Shown one piece after another: positions 12,331-24,189 of a stretch of DNA of 64,000 bases. The notes under the pieces were generated by a model. That model made no database searches and was not told where the DNA came from. It saw nothing but the letters and a program-made list of their open reading frames with translations. Each line of letters starts with the position of its first letter. The stretch's first letter is position 1. This DNA is from Dicyema japonicum (lineage: Eukaryota; Animalia; Dicyemida): the NCBI GenBank assembly GCA_011109175.1, contig RDEW01000019.1, forward strand, positions 841,823 through 905,822, written 5' to 3'. The position numbers and the translations under genes were made by a program.

Positions 12331-13190
12331 ATTTACGAGTTAGAATACAACAAAAATGAAGAATGTTTACGAGACTCTTCCCATTTTCTGCAATCTCCCA
12401 GCTTCACTGATCTCTAGAACGTCCACTTTTTTATGTTAACCACTAATTGCCTTCACTTGAAAGGATGCTATTCGTGAATAATCATCGCTTCCTATTACAC
12501 GAGGACTCGAGTGATTCATGGAACCCGTGCTTATACTCAACGCAATGCTTCTCAGTTTCTTCTAAACTGAGTAACGTAGATAAGTGCAAATATACCATAC
12601 ATTTTTAAAAGACTTCAAAATTATCCATAGTAACCCCCATTTCAACCGGTTAAAATTCATGCATATTAATTTACCAAATCTAATGGCCATTAAAGCCAAG
12701 TTGCTCTTCCAACTGATCTCCGTTGCTAACGTGAGAGGCAACTTTAACAATTATTTTTTAAAAATCCAAGATCATCAAGAGAAAAGTATCAAAGCCAACT
12801 AATTAATTGATCCCATCTATTAACTCCCGGAATCTTCTCGAGTGCTCCACCAGGGATCCCACTGCCTTCCGTATGTGCCTTTTAGAATTTCTTCAGAATT
12901 TAATAGAGGTGTTGTTCTACGAGACTGAGTGTAGAATAAATGATCCTTTTCCTTGCGGTTGTGGGAACTCCTCCAGTGTAGAGTAAATGATCCTTTTCCG
13001 TGCCACTTTGACAATAGACACCAGCTGAAAGATTACTCTCATAACGCCACTCCAGTGGAACAACAAGAGGAATACCCTCGGATTTCCGGCCAGTGTTTTT
13101 GGGGGCTCCATCAATTAGGCCAACATGGATCAAAAGTTATAATTATATTTATTGACACAAATTAAGCATTATTTATTATGTCTGCCACTA

Positions 13191-13302
13191 GCCACGTGAT
13201 GTCATGTGGCACCATGCAACTAATAGATTGGAGATTTCTTTTCCTCCACTTTGGTGGCATCATCGGATCCGCCTTACTCAGGAGACGCCCAATGCCTGAC
13301 TG
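13191..13302 (+). repeat. Family H copy (diverged)
   Basis: GCCACGTG...CATGTGGC hairpin, CTAATAGATTGGAGATTT, and body GCATCATCGGATCCGCCTTACTCAGGAGACGCCCAATGCC. Confidence 0.55.
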
Positions 13303-13441
13303 GTATTCAAAAGAACAACCTATTCATTCCACTAAGTTATAATAATTTGATTAACATTCAACAAAACAGCCTAATTAAAGAAAATGAACAAATTATAAAC
13401 AATAATTAATAATGAAAATTAATAGGTAAAATATATACTAA

Positions 13442-15756
13442 TCATTCCCTCCACTCTTTTCTGGACTTATTGAGGCCTCTCTTTCAAGAAAATGAATAAA
13501 CTCGTTGCTAAGGGAGGTCTATCGGTCATTAGATCAAAGCTACCGTGGAATGATCCCCTGTGGACTCAACAGTGAAGAATGTAGACTATAAGAAATTCCA
13601 ACCTAATTACAATAACCCATATAAATAAACCTTTGTTTTCTCATCATCACTGAACCTCAAAATTCGACCAATTAGTCGCAGCAAATCATCCTTTTGACTA
13701 CCGGGGGAAGAAAAGTAGTTGAGAAGAATATTCTTCACAATAGCTCTACAGTAAAACACAAATGGGTGACATTTCAATAAAGTCATCATTTCTAGAATTT
13801 AGCGTCTTCTCCACATTCTCCTTAGCCAGTGATTCTAAGCTTACAAAAATAAAGGACATAAACTACACTTTGACTTTAAGCGGGAAATTTTGTTTTCAAG
13901 TTGTTCACAGTGGTCACTACTCTGTTGTAACTGATTTCGCACATTCTCCAAATTATTCTAAATAATATTAAATGTAAACCTTAACTACACTATTCTCAAC
14001 ACTTAACTCCCTCTCAATTTTTGATATTCTCTCCAATTCCACTCTCCTATCTTCCAATTGTCCCTCCATATTTTCATTGCCTATCATTATGCGACAAACA
14101 GACTGGCATAAAGATCATTTACAACAATCTCCATGTTTTGCAGATTCCGTTCACTTGACAGTGCTCGAACCTGCCACTCCTCCTTCTTATGGTTAATCTC
14201 AATCTGTTCCTCTGAGAGGGACTGAATCTCCACTCTAAGTCTCTCCCTTTCCTTAAAGGCCATAGAACTTTAGTTATCCAACATAATACTTTGCCTCATT
14301 CAAAGCCTCTGTAGTTCTGAGTAGTTCATCCTCAACCTCGGCAAGTCTCTGTCGCATGCTCTTCTCAATATTCCGAGCAGACACCATCTCTGAAGTGTAG
14401 TTGTCCTCATTCGACAACATATGGGCTTTTAGTCTCTCTAGTTCTCCCTTAGCCTTCGCCAAGTCAGTCGCCATAGCTCTGTCATTATTTAATGATGAGG
14501 TTATAGACTCCCATATGTTATCAAAGCAAGACAAATCCCCGGATGGATCAAGTACTGATATAAACAGGTCAGACAGCAGTTTGAGGCGAGGATTATCAGG
14601 CAAAGATTCGATATTGCCTACAATGCGGTTTATTTTTATGACTATTTGTTCCATTTTCTCCTCCAAACTACGACATTTCTCACTCTTCTCGTCAAATCTT
14701 TCCTTTTCCTGCTTCATTAATGCCTCCATTGACTTCATACGCTCATAAAAGGACACACTCTCACCGTGTTTACGGTGAAGTGATGTTATCAACTGTTCTC
14801 TCTCCTAAAGTAAACATATAGGGGTACATTCTTTAAGGTGGTCAGCTGAGTCTGTGCCTTCTCCAAGTCCTCCTCGTATTTTTGTATAGACTCCTCAAAT
14901 ACTAACATAACGTAGATAATCAACTTTCAATGGAGTTTTGGAGATTATCGCGTCTTCGGTCCTCCAGTTTGAGTATTCCTTCCAAATATAACTGCACTTT
15001 CTCCGCCATGGTACAATCCGCTGGTAAATCGAGGGAAAAGTCTCCATCACTGCCAATCCTCTCGTCAATCTTGTCATTCAAATATCCAAATATATGATCC
15101 TGGAATAAGTAGAACACATACCCAATGAGAATCCACATATGTAAGGGGACTGTTCTTTGAACACTTCATTTGTGCAGAGTGTAAGGTCATGAGACTCGAA
15201 GCACACTCTCTGAGAAATGTTCTGAGTCTATTTGAGTGTTCGGGATTCAAATATCCATCAAATACTGTGCTAGTGATGCATTCCATCAAATAGTCGAGAA
15301 TATCAGAGAAACCAACAGTCTCTTCCAGTAAATTGGATATTTCCACGGTCATATTGTCGGTTATAGGGTATATTTCATATGCTTCCTTCTCCAGTGGTCT
15401 CATTAATATTGTTATTAAATTGCTTTGCTTCTCCACCTGGAATTCTAATTCCTCACATTTCTTTCTAAGTGAGTTTAGTTGGAGGTTCATTTCTGTTATT
15501 CCCAGCTCATGTGCCTTTATTAGCGACTTTAGGCGGTTTACTTCTTCCAATGTCTTCTGTTCTTCACCTAATTCGATGGCTCTTTGCCCTAAGTACCGTC
15601 GTTGTGCGTTTAGGTACTCTTGGGCTAGTCCAATCTTCCAAGATTGGCACATGCTTCGTTCTATATATTATGAGTAGGGGGTACTTCTATAATTTGAATT
15701 TGGTGTAGTTTGTGTTGTGATAACTCGTCAGAGTCTTTAATGTTTGTATTGTTCAT
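13442..15756 (-). CDS. TRIP11: Coiled-coil golgin with C-terminal GRAB domain and GA1 motif (GMAP-210/TRIP11-like), many 24-29 nt introns
   Basis: Long coiled-coil exons. Spliced C-terminus reads IVKNILLNYFSSPGSQKDDLLRLIGRILRFSDDEKTKVG...SLSNEFIHFLEREAS. The start at 15756 is inferred from two micro-introns; internal introns were not all mapped. Confidence 0.65.
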
Positions 15757-16144
15757 CGGTAGAGAGGTTATAACTATTTATAATGTTATAATAAAGAATA
15801 CACAAAAACAGTTTTTGTATTTTAAAAAATTAGTACTTTCATTTTTTATTTATTGAATTTAAATATTTTTGTATTAAATTTTGACATTTTTTAATAATAT
15901 TTATTGATGTATTATTAATGAGACAAATCATAAATAGCCAAAATAGAGCAGTTCCGTTAGTGCAATGCAAAATTCACATGTTTCCTGGTTTAAATCTCAC
16001 TGGTGCTCATTTCTGCTGAAGGTTTGATGCATTTAGGATGCCTCTTAGCTTGACGAATGACATCTTTTTCAGTGATACTTCACTGCGAACCGAATTGTCT
16101 ACAAAGACTCATACGCAACCAATAGAAAATAGCCAAGAGCATGC

Positions 16145-16225
16145 CTTTAGTTAGCATATCTGTTCTTTACTATTTATAATTATTTGTCTTGTCTATGCGG
16201 AGCTATAACTATTATGTGCTGTTTT
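16145..16225 (+). mobile_element. SINE tail fragment
   Basis: CTGTTCTTTACT...GTCTATGCGGAGCTATAA matches 22680-22730. Confidence 0.5.
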
Positions 16226-16334
16226 TACTAATAAATGATTAATAAATTAATGGTCGGTAAATCTTTTTCTAATAAAATGAAATTATTCCAAAGACCAAGG
16301 TTTAAACCAATTAACTAATCCCGTGAATCTGACG

Positions 16335-16490
16335 CGTTCGGGCCCAAGACGGTCTCTTTTCTAAGATCGCTTGGGTCAATGACTTCGAAAGTCAGAAATG
16401 CGCGTCAGGAAACCGAATGTTTGTTCCAAAGGATTTCTCTTGCAGTTGTTAGGGGAAACAGCCATTCCCTCCTATCAGCTGGATTATTTT
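16335..16490 (+). mobile_element. CRE-clade REL C-terminal relic
   Basis: FGPKTVSFLRSLGS...LFQRISLAVVRGNS. Confidence 0.65.
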
Positions 16491-16681
16491 GATTGTCTTG
16501 TTAATTAATAAATTGTTTTCATAAAAAAAAGTTTTACATGATTTTACCTAAAAAGTGAAATGGTTATAATTTCAATAGAACTTTTTATTAAGGAAATGTT
16601 CTATAAGTTTGTTAAATTTTTATTGAAATGTCAAAATAAATATGCACATTTATTTAAATATTATTAATTATGTAATTTTGT

Positions 16682-17240
16682 TTGCAATCTGTAGTAGAGA
16701 ACACCAGGGTCCAAATTAAGGTAGACATTGTTATCCGTACCTCGGTGCTAGTCAAGCACAATAAACCGGACATTGTGGTACACGATAAGGAGTCTGGCCA
16801 AGTCCTTATCATAGAGGTTGGCATCACGTCTCAAGACCGTTTGCAGACTGTGGAGGTGGAGAAAAAAAGGAAGTATGACTTTCTTGCAAACGAGATGGGG
16901 CAGATGCTTGGTTGCAAGGTCTTCGTTATTCCTATAGTAATGATGTGGGAAGGAATTGCAACAAAGTACCACAAGAGTTATTTCAAGCAGTTGAGTTTAG
17001 ACAAGAAACTCCAGGCCTATTTACAGTCCACTGTGTTAAAGCGGACTCTAGAGAGCCTGACACTGGAGTATAGGGGGCAAAGCCCTGAGATGCCATATGG
17101 GCAGAGGGTTCAATTGGACAATGCGCTCTCGGAGTTGTTTCAGCAACCAGAATCGAACCTGCTTGAGGAGGCTGGCTAACAGGCAGGCGAGGATGGATGT
17201 TGATTAAATATATTAACTTCTTTATTGTTTGTTAAATAAA
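16682..17240 (+). mobile_element. R4-like non-LTR retrotransposon, REL endonuclease and 3' end (5'-truncated, frame open)
   Basis: NKPDIVVHDK...IIEVGITSQDRLQTVEVEKKRKYDFLANEMG...IPIVMMWEGI, a PD-(D/E)xK motif. No in-frame ATG lies before the catalytic motif. Confidence 0.85.
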
Positions 17241-17269
17241 GTGGGGTGTTTATGTAATTTTGTTTTAAG

Positions 17270-17585
17270 ACCACGTGGAGTCAACGTTAGTGTGGTGTTA
17301 TTTGGGTACTTGAATTGAAGATTTTTTGTTTGTGTCTACTGTTCTTACTTTTCCTGCTTGAATTTTTTGTGCGTCATGTGGTTCACCATCTCTGGTGGTG
17401 CCGGATATAATCCTAAATTATATCCAAAAAGGACTATTAGTCAATAACCATCCAGAGGAGTTCCCCTGGACGGCGCTTCCTTAAAGTCAGATAATGCGAA
17501 GATTGCTGAGGGAGCCCGGGATCACCTGATTTTTTCGTTCTGGCTATGACGGTGTTTTTTTGGTTCAATGATTTAAAAAAAATAA
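17270..17585 (+). mobile_element. Possible ~310-bp non-autonomous element: family H head plus LINE-type 3' stem-loop and A-rich tail
   Basis: ACCACGTGG...TGTGGT hairpin, TACTTGAATTGAAGATTT, H body, then GGGATCACC(17518)...GGTG(17551) and an A/T tail. Confidence 0.45.
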
Positions 17586-17769
17586 ATATTGACGAGGTTA
17601 CTATTGAAAGTGGGATTTTGTAAGGAGTATGTCGCCGCTGCTCAGTATGTTCGCCGCTGTAGACGCATCTAGAAGACCCTGAAAGGACCAAGGCATCACT
17701 CCTTTGCTAGACTCACTAAATGCACGAAATTTGTTTCAAACATTGAATAAGTATGCAATTTCATTGGTT

Positions 17770-18070
17770 TATTACGTGAGGGGTAATTGAGTTTGAGTGA
17801 GTACGATGACATTGACCCTATGATCAGACAAGTATTAAGGGAGAACCATCTCCGAGCTGCAAATAAAAAGAGGCTCTATTTACCACGTGTTGAATTCAGT
17901 TGATGGTTTTGTGGATCAACTTACCTGAGCGAGCGAATCTTCAATAAGCTGCAATCACTTGGCGCTTCCTTAAAGTGCGAGTATGAGAAGACTGCTGAAG
18001 GTGGCCGGGATCACCTAAATTTTTTTCATTCTGGATATGAGGGTGTTTTTCTGCTTAAATAGATTTAAAT
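17770..18070 (+). mobile_element. R4-like thumb relic followed by a LINE-type 3' end similar to 17470-17580
   Basis: IDPMIRQVLRENHLRAANKKRLYLPR motif; 17962-18070 is a diverged direct repeat of 17470-17580. Confidence 0.55.
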
Positions 18071-18624
18071 TTAATTCGTAAAATTTTAATGTACTCGAAT
18101 TAATTATAATCACAAGCATCTTACATGAAAACATGTCTCCTACAAGTTTGGGGGCCATGGTTACTTAACTAACATGATCGTAAAAATAGATAACATATTG
18201 GTTAGTGCTGTCGCCCGGTTTTTGATAGCTCTGAGTTCTAATCACTGACTGATACCTACCTAGCCTAATGGATTCAGTTTTGATCTGCGTCTTCTTTAAA
18301 TCCTAAGATACGTTAAAAATTAATTATCAATGGTAGCAACCGGTCTTCTTGGTTGAACGTAACTTCTGATAGAAAATATCCTGGCGAATTTTCTAAAATT
18401 GAATCTTTTGTAAAAGAAATATTTCAAACTAACACGTTTATCATTTTTTATTACTACAATGAAGTCTCTCTAATTGGCCAACATATGGCTAAATGTTGTT
18501 CAAAAACGACAATTTTCCTAAGAAATTGGCCAATTCTAATATTAGTAAAAATTTATTTACTAATCTTTTTCAATAATTTTATTAAAAAATCGAAATTTCA
18601 AACTAAAAATTTTACCTAAAACCT

Positions 18625-19780
18625 GGACGGTCGAAGTACTCATTAGCTTCGTACAAACCAATATCTCTCATGTGTGCCACCTCCAAAATCCTGGATAAAC
18701 TCATTCTCAATCTGATTAAACATTACCTCCCAGACGTATCCTTCCAACATGGATTTAAAAAGGCTCGTTCCACAACTACCCATCTTACCTGCCTACAAAA
18801 TTCATCAAGGAAGGCCTTCACGCAAACCTCGGCATCAAAAGACCATTATGTGTTCCATTGACATACAGAAAGCTTTTTACTCAATTCCGAAAAAACTGCT
18901 TACTAGGAAGATCTATGGCTCTAAGATTCCGAACAACCTGAAAATTTGGCTCGCTAACTTCCTCAACAGACAAAAGAGGAAAAGTAATCTCCCATTCCAC
19001 ATCTTCAATCACTAAATTTCTATGGAACGGGGTCCCACAAGGATCCCCCTCTCTCCAATTCCATTCAACCTATTCATGAGCGAAATGCCTTCCACACAGC
19101 GGAAAGACCAGTGCATCCACACAGCGGGGACCCGCTTACAAGATTCACTGGATAACTTGAACTGTTGGCTTACGAAGAACCAGCTTTACACAAGTCATGA
19201 AAAGTCGTGCTCTATGATCTTTACTTCCAATAGAAGATTGACTAACTCGGCGCCTCCATTGACTTTGAATGGAATAACAAACCCCTTCACAAATTCAACC
19301 AAAATACTGGGGGTCACATATGACCTTCAGCAAACATGTGAGCAACATAATCTCCTCTTCCCAGAGAAAATTAAATTTTGTAAAAACGATACTTGGATAC
19401 TACAAGAGATGGTTCCACCCAACATTAGATCATCTCTACTACCGATACATACTTCCGTCAATCAGTTACTGCTGCGCGACATAGGGTACTAACATATCCC
19501 ACACCAACCTAAAGAAATTAAACTCCTTCCAAGAGACAGTAACGAAAACCATACAAAGATCCTCCTCGTCATTAAAACCAACCCCGTTCAAGGAACTCGT
19601 GAGGAGAACGGGAGCTCAGCCAAAACCCTTAAACTTCCGAAACGTGATTCGTCCATACAGGAATTGTGTCGCCACTCGGGAGGAACACCGAGGAAAGATG
19701 CTAAAGGGGGCCGGGATCACCTGACGGCCCCTACCTTCCTTTGTTTTGTCGGTGATTTTTGGTCAAAGATCCAAAGGGTC
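18625..19780 (+). mobile_element. APE-type LINE RT, thumb and 3' end relic
   Basis: YKPISLMCATSKILDK, QHGFKKARSTTTHL, SIDIQKAF, GVPQG-like PLSPIPFNLFM; 3' stem-loop 19713-19759. Confidence 0.8.
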
Positions 19781-19879
19781 ACCAAGGATCCACGTGAGAC
19801 TGGATGTCTTGAGAGCGCATTGCAATTCAAGCTTCCTAACTTTTAATTTCTTAGAATAATTGTTCCCACTTTATTTAAC

Positions 19880-20280
19880 CAACAATAAAAAGTTGATTCC
19901 ACCGCCTGGAGATTTGCGATTCCCCCTTCGAGAGTGGACCGTTTGAACTCCCTCAGGCGGAAAATTATGCACCACACGGACATCCCCATTGGCGACCTCG
20001 TTTCTGATGAGGCAACGTTAAAAAATGGCCAGGGTTTACTACGTTTCTGCAAGGAACTGGGAAACCCACTAAAGGAAAAGGTGGCCCATGCAGAGGAATT
20101 TCGGTCGGTAATAAAAAAGTGCAGAAGGAAGGAAGAGAAGACGCTTCCGGAATGCGGTTGGATCATCAGAAGACCAAATGAAGAGAGTTCGGATGTTGTT
20201 GGAGGCTGGGATCACTATTTAGTTAGTTTTGACCTATCTTTCCTGGTCATCTTGGGGTTAAATAAATAAATAAATAAAAA
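19880..20280 (+). mobile_element. Family 1 LINE 3' fragment
   Basis: Closely matches 3880-4278 (MHHTDIPIGDLVSDEAT...FCKELGNPLKEK). It is not followed by the 77-bp repeat. Confidence 0.85.
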
Positions 20281-20282
20281 GT

Positions 20283-21591
20283 TAATATTTAATAATCAAC
20301 AACCTTCCTCGCCTGCATGTTCGCCAGCCTCCTCAGCAGGTTCTATTCTGGTTGCTGAAACACCTCCGAGAGCGCTTTGTCCAATTGAACCCTCTGCCTA
20401 TGTGGCATCTTCGGGCTCTGCCTCCTATACTCCAGTGGGTACTAGGACATTTGGCCGAAAGACATTTGGCCTACAGACGTTTAGCCGACAGGATATTTAG
20501 CCGACAATTCAATTAAGCATAAATGATCAAGAAATACACTATGTATTTTAATAATGGTGTGTATGGCTGCTACTTTCAATTTGGGCAGTGTTTATGGCGA
20601 AAATGCAAAATCTAGGACTGCAGGCATGGTATAATGACCCAGCAAATGCAAACTTAATTAAAAGTATTCAAGCACTGGTATTTGTTCCTGTACCTCAAGT
20701 CATTGAGAGTTTCCGCGCGCTCCTTGAAACTATAGATGACGAGACTGATGACGTGTTGGGAGATATTCTGACCTATTTTGAGACAACATGGATCGGAGCC
20801 TTGCAACGTGAAAAGATAAGAAGACCATTGTTTAGTTTGGAAATGTGGAATGTACACGACAGACAGGCAGAAGGCCTTCCAAGAACTACGAATTCACTTG
20901 AAGGATAACACAGATCTTTTTCACAAAGAGTGTCTATAAAACATCCAACCGTTAGTCGGCTTGTTGCAAAAATACGAAAAAAACAGTCAGAGTGGGAGCT
21001 CACAGTAGAACAAGTGATGGCCGGAATAACAATAAGACCAGTAAAGAAGAAGTACCAGGATGTGAACAAAAGGATAAACAGTATTATTGAAAAATAATGA
21101 ATACACTCAGTAGAATTTTTGAGTGCGCTTTCTCATAACCTTTAAGTAAATTTTAACTGTTTGACCTACAGAACAATGAGTATTGATGTAACTTTTTAAC
21201 TCATTTTATTTGATGTTTTTATCTTGAATTTTATCTCTGAATTTTAAAACAATGTGCTAATAAAAATTATGGCATATTTCTTGTTATTTTTGCTAAATTT
21301 CCTGTAGGCCAAATGTTTGTCGGCCAAATGTCTGGACACCCTCCAGTGTCAGGCTCTCTAGGGTCCGCTTTAATACAGTGGACTGTAGATTGGCCTGGAG
21401 CTTCCTATCAACCCCCAACTGCTTCAGATAACCCTTGTGGTACTTTATTGCAATTCCTTCCCACGTCATTACTATCGGAATAACGAGGACTTTGCAACCA
21501 AGCATCTGCCCCATCTCGTTTGCAAGCAAGTCATACTTCTTTTTTTCTCTACCTCCACGGTCTGCAAACGGTCTTGAGACGTAATGCCAGT
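20283..21591 (-). mobile_element. R4-like REL element copy interrupted by a Mutator element
   Basis: 21341-21591 and 20283-20437 are colinear with 16820-17220; the CACTGGAG site is single in the intact copy (17061-17068). Confidence 0.85.
20438..21340 (+). mobile_element. Internally deleted Mutator (MULE) DNA transposon with TIRs and 8-bp TSD CTCCAGTG
   Basis: Inverted termini GGTACTAGGACATTTGGCCGA / GGTGTCCAGACATTTGGCCGA. TSD at 20430-20437 and 21341-21348. Transposase C-terminus ALVFVP...TYFETTWIG...WNVHDR...LPRTTNSLEG*HR. Confidence 0.9.
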
Positions 21592-22442
21592 GGTTTAGAT
21601 TTGTTGTTAGAAAGACAACTCGCATGGGAGGTTGATGGGGACGTTAATCTTGGTGAATCTTTTTGAGGGTAAAGATATGCCAAAATACGGATTAGGAGTG
21701 GAGTTAAAGTCGTTACATTCTCTGTTTCTGTGTTTTTGGGTAAAATTGTCAATTTTTTTACTAATTTCAGACAGAGATTCAATTCTTTATTCGCCAGAAC
21801 AGATCGACATAATCTTTGGGTATTTTTGAAACAAAGGAGGGGTGAAGGCAACGATTCGTGCTGAACCCACGAGGAATATTTTTTGTCTGCAACAATTAGA
21901 AAAATTTGTGAAGGACTCCAGTGGATTCGAAAGACGGTAAGGAATCATAAGAAAGTTTTGAGAACACGTTTATATAAAAATTCCACTTTTTACAAGGACG
22001 TTGGTTTATGGTTATAATCGGGTTATGATGGGAGATCATAGATAGCGCCTCAATGAACGACGAGAGTCAGAGATAGAGTACAAAACAAGACATCATGGTG
22101 GGTATTCGAATAAAAAAACTCGGTCTTTCGAAATAGCCGAATCCACAATATCGTACATAATTTGAAGATTGCCTGTTGGAAAACAACCAGGTATGATGGT
22201 GGACGTCAAAAACATCCCCATAGAATAAAAATTTATTCTCCGATAATATTTTCAATGGAGAAAATGGAAATAGGCTAAACTGACTCAGAAAAGTGAAACA
22301 GTTCTTAATTAACTCCGTACTTGGATATGGTTTCTCCATTTTTAATGGAAATTTATATCAATCTACAGAATTAGTTTACTGAAATGAAGCCGTTCGGGGA
22401 CCTTTGCTAACGATGATGGTTATATTTTTTCTATTTAATAGT

Positions 22443-22760
22443 AGCCCATTCTGGCATAGTGGTTAGGTGTCGGGCTAAAGTGACTTAGGTTATGGGTTCG
22501 ATTCTTGCTGCTGTTCACCTGGTGGAAGGTTCCACGCATCTACGATACCAAAGGGGCTTAACGAGTGACGCCGTCATCAGTGGATACTCACTGCGGAACT
22601 GGGTTGTCTAGAAAGGACCCACACACAAGAAAAAGAAAAAAGTGAAGATCAATCCTTGGTTCTACGATTAGTAAAAATTAACTGTTCTTTACTTAAATAA
22701 AGTGTGTGTCCTGCCTATGCGGAGCTATAAATATTATGGCTCTCGTGAAAAGGCTGTCAT
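22443..22760 (+). mobile_element. tRNA-derived SINE, best copy
   Basis: A box TGGCATAGTGG (22452-22462) and B box GGTTCGATTC (22495-22504). The body and tail are shared with other copies in the window. Confidence 0.8.
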
Positions 22761-23138
22761 TATTATTATTAGCTTTTTCACGAAAACGAAAAATTTATAC
22801 CCCGAATATGCAGAACAGATTCTTTATTTTAAAAGTAATGAACATTGTTGGAAGAGCTGTCTTCAACTTCCTTCTTTTGGTTGCGTGCGAGTCGCTGTAA
22901 AATTCGGTTCCTATGTGAAATATTCACTGATGAGAACGTCACTCGTCATGAACTTTCGGCCGGAATGGACAGGAACAAGATTCGAACAGGGAAGCATCCA
23001 TATTTTGTCCGACGCTAATGAAACTGGGCAATCGAACTATTAACTGACCTTTAATAATATTCGTATATTCTTTGTTCTGTAAAAATCGTTAATTCGCATT
23101 ATTTAACAAATTTTACGCTTAAATTTTATTAAAATTTT

Positions 23139-23571
23139 ATGGTTTTAGTAATATTTTATTTAGGACGAAACCAGTTATTACAGAGCATCAAAAAGTGTGG
23201 ATAAGCGAGGACGCAAGAAGAGCTCTACCATAGTCAAATTTCCCCAAGTTCCACAATTAAATGAAACCATTATAAAAAATGAACTGGAATCAATTATGAT
23301 GTCATTTTTGGAGGCCCATAAATATGACCCTGAAAAATCTTCAGAGTTGTCTATGAAATTAGCAAATAATATCAAGAAATCAGCCAAATTTTACTTATGT
23401 GAGAGATACAAAATAATAGTCCTCGTGACGATAGGGCAGTCACTCAATACTGAAATGTTTTTTTCGTCAGGATTTCTTGCAGATTACAAAACCGATCGTT
23501 CACTCAGTTACTATTATTCCAATCACGAACTATGTGCATGCTCGTTGGTCCATCTCTCGTTTGTTGAGTGA
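23139..23571 (+). CDS. Tctex-1 family dynein light chain; exon 1 is the ATG alone, intron 23142-23163 (22 nt)
   Basis: IIKNELESIMMSFLEAHKYDPEKSSELSMKLANNIK...RYKIIVLVTIGQ...FLADYKTDRSLSYYYSN matches the Tctex-1 fold pattern. Splicing puts the ATG in frame. Confidence 0.85.
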
Positions 23572-24189
23572 ATTATTAATATTAAAATTAATATTTTAAA
23601 CATTTTAAAAAATTGATAAATTTAAATTTTTCAATAAACTTTACAAACATGAAAAATTAACGTGATCATGTCTGACTTCTCTTCGGATGAACCCTGACTC
23701 TGTGGGCAGCCAAGTATCACCGATGGTCCTCGAAGGGAACCTCCAAAAATTGGAAGATATCTCAGAGAGGGAAAAGACTTGGATGGACTACAGGAGTTTG
23801 ATCGCGGCAGGATAAGTGATGTATGTGTTAGTTTTTCGGGTTGCACATGCTTTTTCATGACCACGGCACAACAAAAATTTATTAATAATTCGCAACAATA
23901 ATTAAAATTCAAAAAACAATTTTGTTGTTAGTTTGATGTTAAATCAAGCTTGTAATTTGTAGTGCAAATTATTATATTTCGTGTTGCCATGTTAATATTA
24001 GTGTGATAATTTTTGATATCTGAAGGTTGATGCGTTTCTCTATTGCATGAGATTTCTACAATGTTCTCATATTCCTTCTCATAAACTTGATGGACTCTGG
24101 AGAGCAGAAATTCTGAACTAAAGAACATAATGATATAAGGAATTAAGAGAATAAAATTTAGAGTAGTTTGAGAATGATTATATGTCGAA

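Noticed and set aside
16145-16175. U2 snRNA fragment (TATCTGTTCTT)
   Set aside because: The match is only about 11 nt and lies in the SINE tail; the branch-point pairing region and stem I are absent.
16672-17179. Domesticated stand-alone REL endonuclease gene with a 23-nt intron at 16672-16694
   Set aside because: Splicing joins to a frame with an immediate upstream TAA, and no ATG lies before the catalytic motif. A 5'-truncated retrocopy explains it.
20446-20510. CRISPR-like or satellite array of GACATTTGGCC repeats
   Set aside because: These are subterminal repeats of the Mutator TIR, mirrored at 21301-21340. The window is eukaryotic and has no cas genes.
22443-22520. Functional tRNA gene
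   Set aside because: A and B boxes are present, but there is no convincing acceptor or anticodon stem, and the sequence continues into a body shared by other dispersed copies. It is a SINE head.
22923-22990. Hammerhead ribozyme core (CTGATGA)
   Set aside because: No correctly placed GAAA and stem III. The other CTGATGA hits (about 4007 and 20003) are LINE coding sequence (VSDEAT).
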